From NCBI RefSeq assembly GCF_025697965.1, contig NZ_JAHWBK010000003.1: DNA of 32,000 nt; one strand, 5' to 3'. The position numbers were made by a program, and so were the translations under genes. This document shows, one piece after another, positions 31,439-32,000 of this stretch; positions within the stretch are counted from its first letter, which is position 1, and each line of letters opens with the position of its first letter. The notes beneath the pieces are model-generated. The model did no database searches. It saw only the letters and a program-made list of their open reading frames with translations, and had not been told where the DNA came from. This DNA is from Stenotrophomonas riyadhensis. Lineage in GTDB: Bacteria; Pseudomonadota; Gammaproteobacteria; Xanthomonadales; Xanthomonadaceae.

Positions 31439-31578
31439 GGTCGCGTCCTGCCTCCTGTTCTGCGAGTGAAAGCACTCGATTCTAGCCTCGGCGCGCGTCA
31501 TGTCTCAACGTGAGGCATGACGTGCTGTGGCGTGCAGGTTACGCAATCGAGGGTGAAGCGAACGTCGGCCAGCCGTGC

Positions 31579-32000
31579 TCACATGCCCAGATCAGACAGC
31601 CCCGGGTGATCATCGGGGCGACGCCCCAGCGGCCAGTGGAACTTGCGATCGCTTTCCTTGATCGGCATGTCGTTGATGCTCGAGAACCGGCGCTGCATCA
31701 GGCCATCCGCACCGAATGCCCAGTTCTCGTTTCCATAGGAGCGGAACCAGTTGCCGGAGTCGTCATGCCACTCATAGGCGTAGCGCACGGCAATGCGGTT
31801 GTCGGTGAAGGCCCATAGCTCCTTGATCAGCCGGTACTCAAGCTCTTTGTTCCACTTGCGGGCCAGGAACTGCCGGGCTTCCTCGCGGCCATGGGTGAAC
31901 TCGGCGCGATTGCGCCACTCGGTGTCCAGCGAATAGGCCAGCGAAACCTTGTCGGCATCGCGGGTGTTCCAGCCATCCTCGGCAAGACGCACTTTCTCGA
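31579..32000 (-). CDS. DUF1348 / NTF2-like family protein (5' end beyond window)
   Basis: ...[99 protein letters not shown] matches the highly conserved DUF1348 pattern. The frame stays open to the window edge. Confidence 0.8.
   Translation of the reverse strand, partial: EKVRLAEDGWNTRDADKVSLAYSLDTEWRNRAEFTHGREEARQFLARKWNKELEYRLIKELWAFTDNRIAVRYAYEWHDDSGNWFRSYGNENWAFGADGLMQRRFSSINDMPIKESDRKFHWPLGRRPDDHPGLSDLGM

Noticed and set aside
1-32000. CRISPR arrays, tRNA/rRNA genes, IS elements, integrases, T6SS components
   Set aside because: I looked for short regularly spaced repeats, cloverleaf-compatible segments, DDE or tyrosine-recombinase-like translations and PAAR/VgrG/Hcp-like ORFs. I found none. 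The only repeats are the phage and RHS duplications and the REP-like palindromes listed above.

Overview
High-GC window (Xanthomonadaceae, probably Stenotrophomonas-like, judged from GTAG-type REP palindromes and gene families). It has three parts. (1) Positions 1-15.06 kb hold an array of filamentous (Inovirus-type) prophages with no integrase. Prophage 1 lies on the + strand and its rep 3' end looks decayed. Prophage 2 is a complete-looking ~7.6 kb genome on the - strand. A third copy is a remnant with a frameshifted, 5'-truncated zot. These copies are organised around a 28-bp dif-like XerC/XerD site (5574-5601) and a second attP-like half-degenerate copy (13164-13191). Each site has an adjacent small DUF3653/XafT-like gene followed by a conserved GTAG...CTAC hairpin. 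Both full prophages carry a TraX-family gene translationally coupled to zot. (2) Positions ~15.06-24.73 kb hold an RHS polymorphic-toxin island on the - strand. It contains an 882-aa Sec-signal YD-repeat protein and a 1303-aa Sec-signal RHS protein whose variable C-terminal toxin tip follows the DPDGRQ core end. An AT-rich immunity gene, a coupled 55-aa ORF and a CPCC Cys-rich gene follow. The ~1.35-kb tip-immunity-55aa-CPCC module recurs 8095 bp upstream as an orphan copy with mosaic divergence and a 59-bp deletion. The island is bounded on both sides by truncated phage genes: zot' on the left and a fourth XafT-like 3' remnant fused to the orphan toxin tip on the right. (3) Positions 24.9-32 kb look like ordinary chromosome: a phage-type Cys protein, GNAT, GFA, a PLDc_N/TPR membrane protein, a REP-palindrome cluster, hypothetical proteins, an OM beta-barrel and a DUF1348 protein cut by the window edge. 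I found no tRNA, rRNA, CRISPR array, transposase or tyrosine/serine integrase. All family assignments come from reading the translations and remembered motifs. No database search was run.
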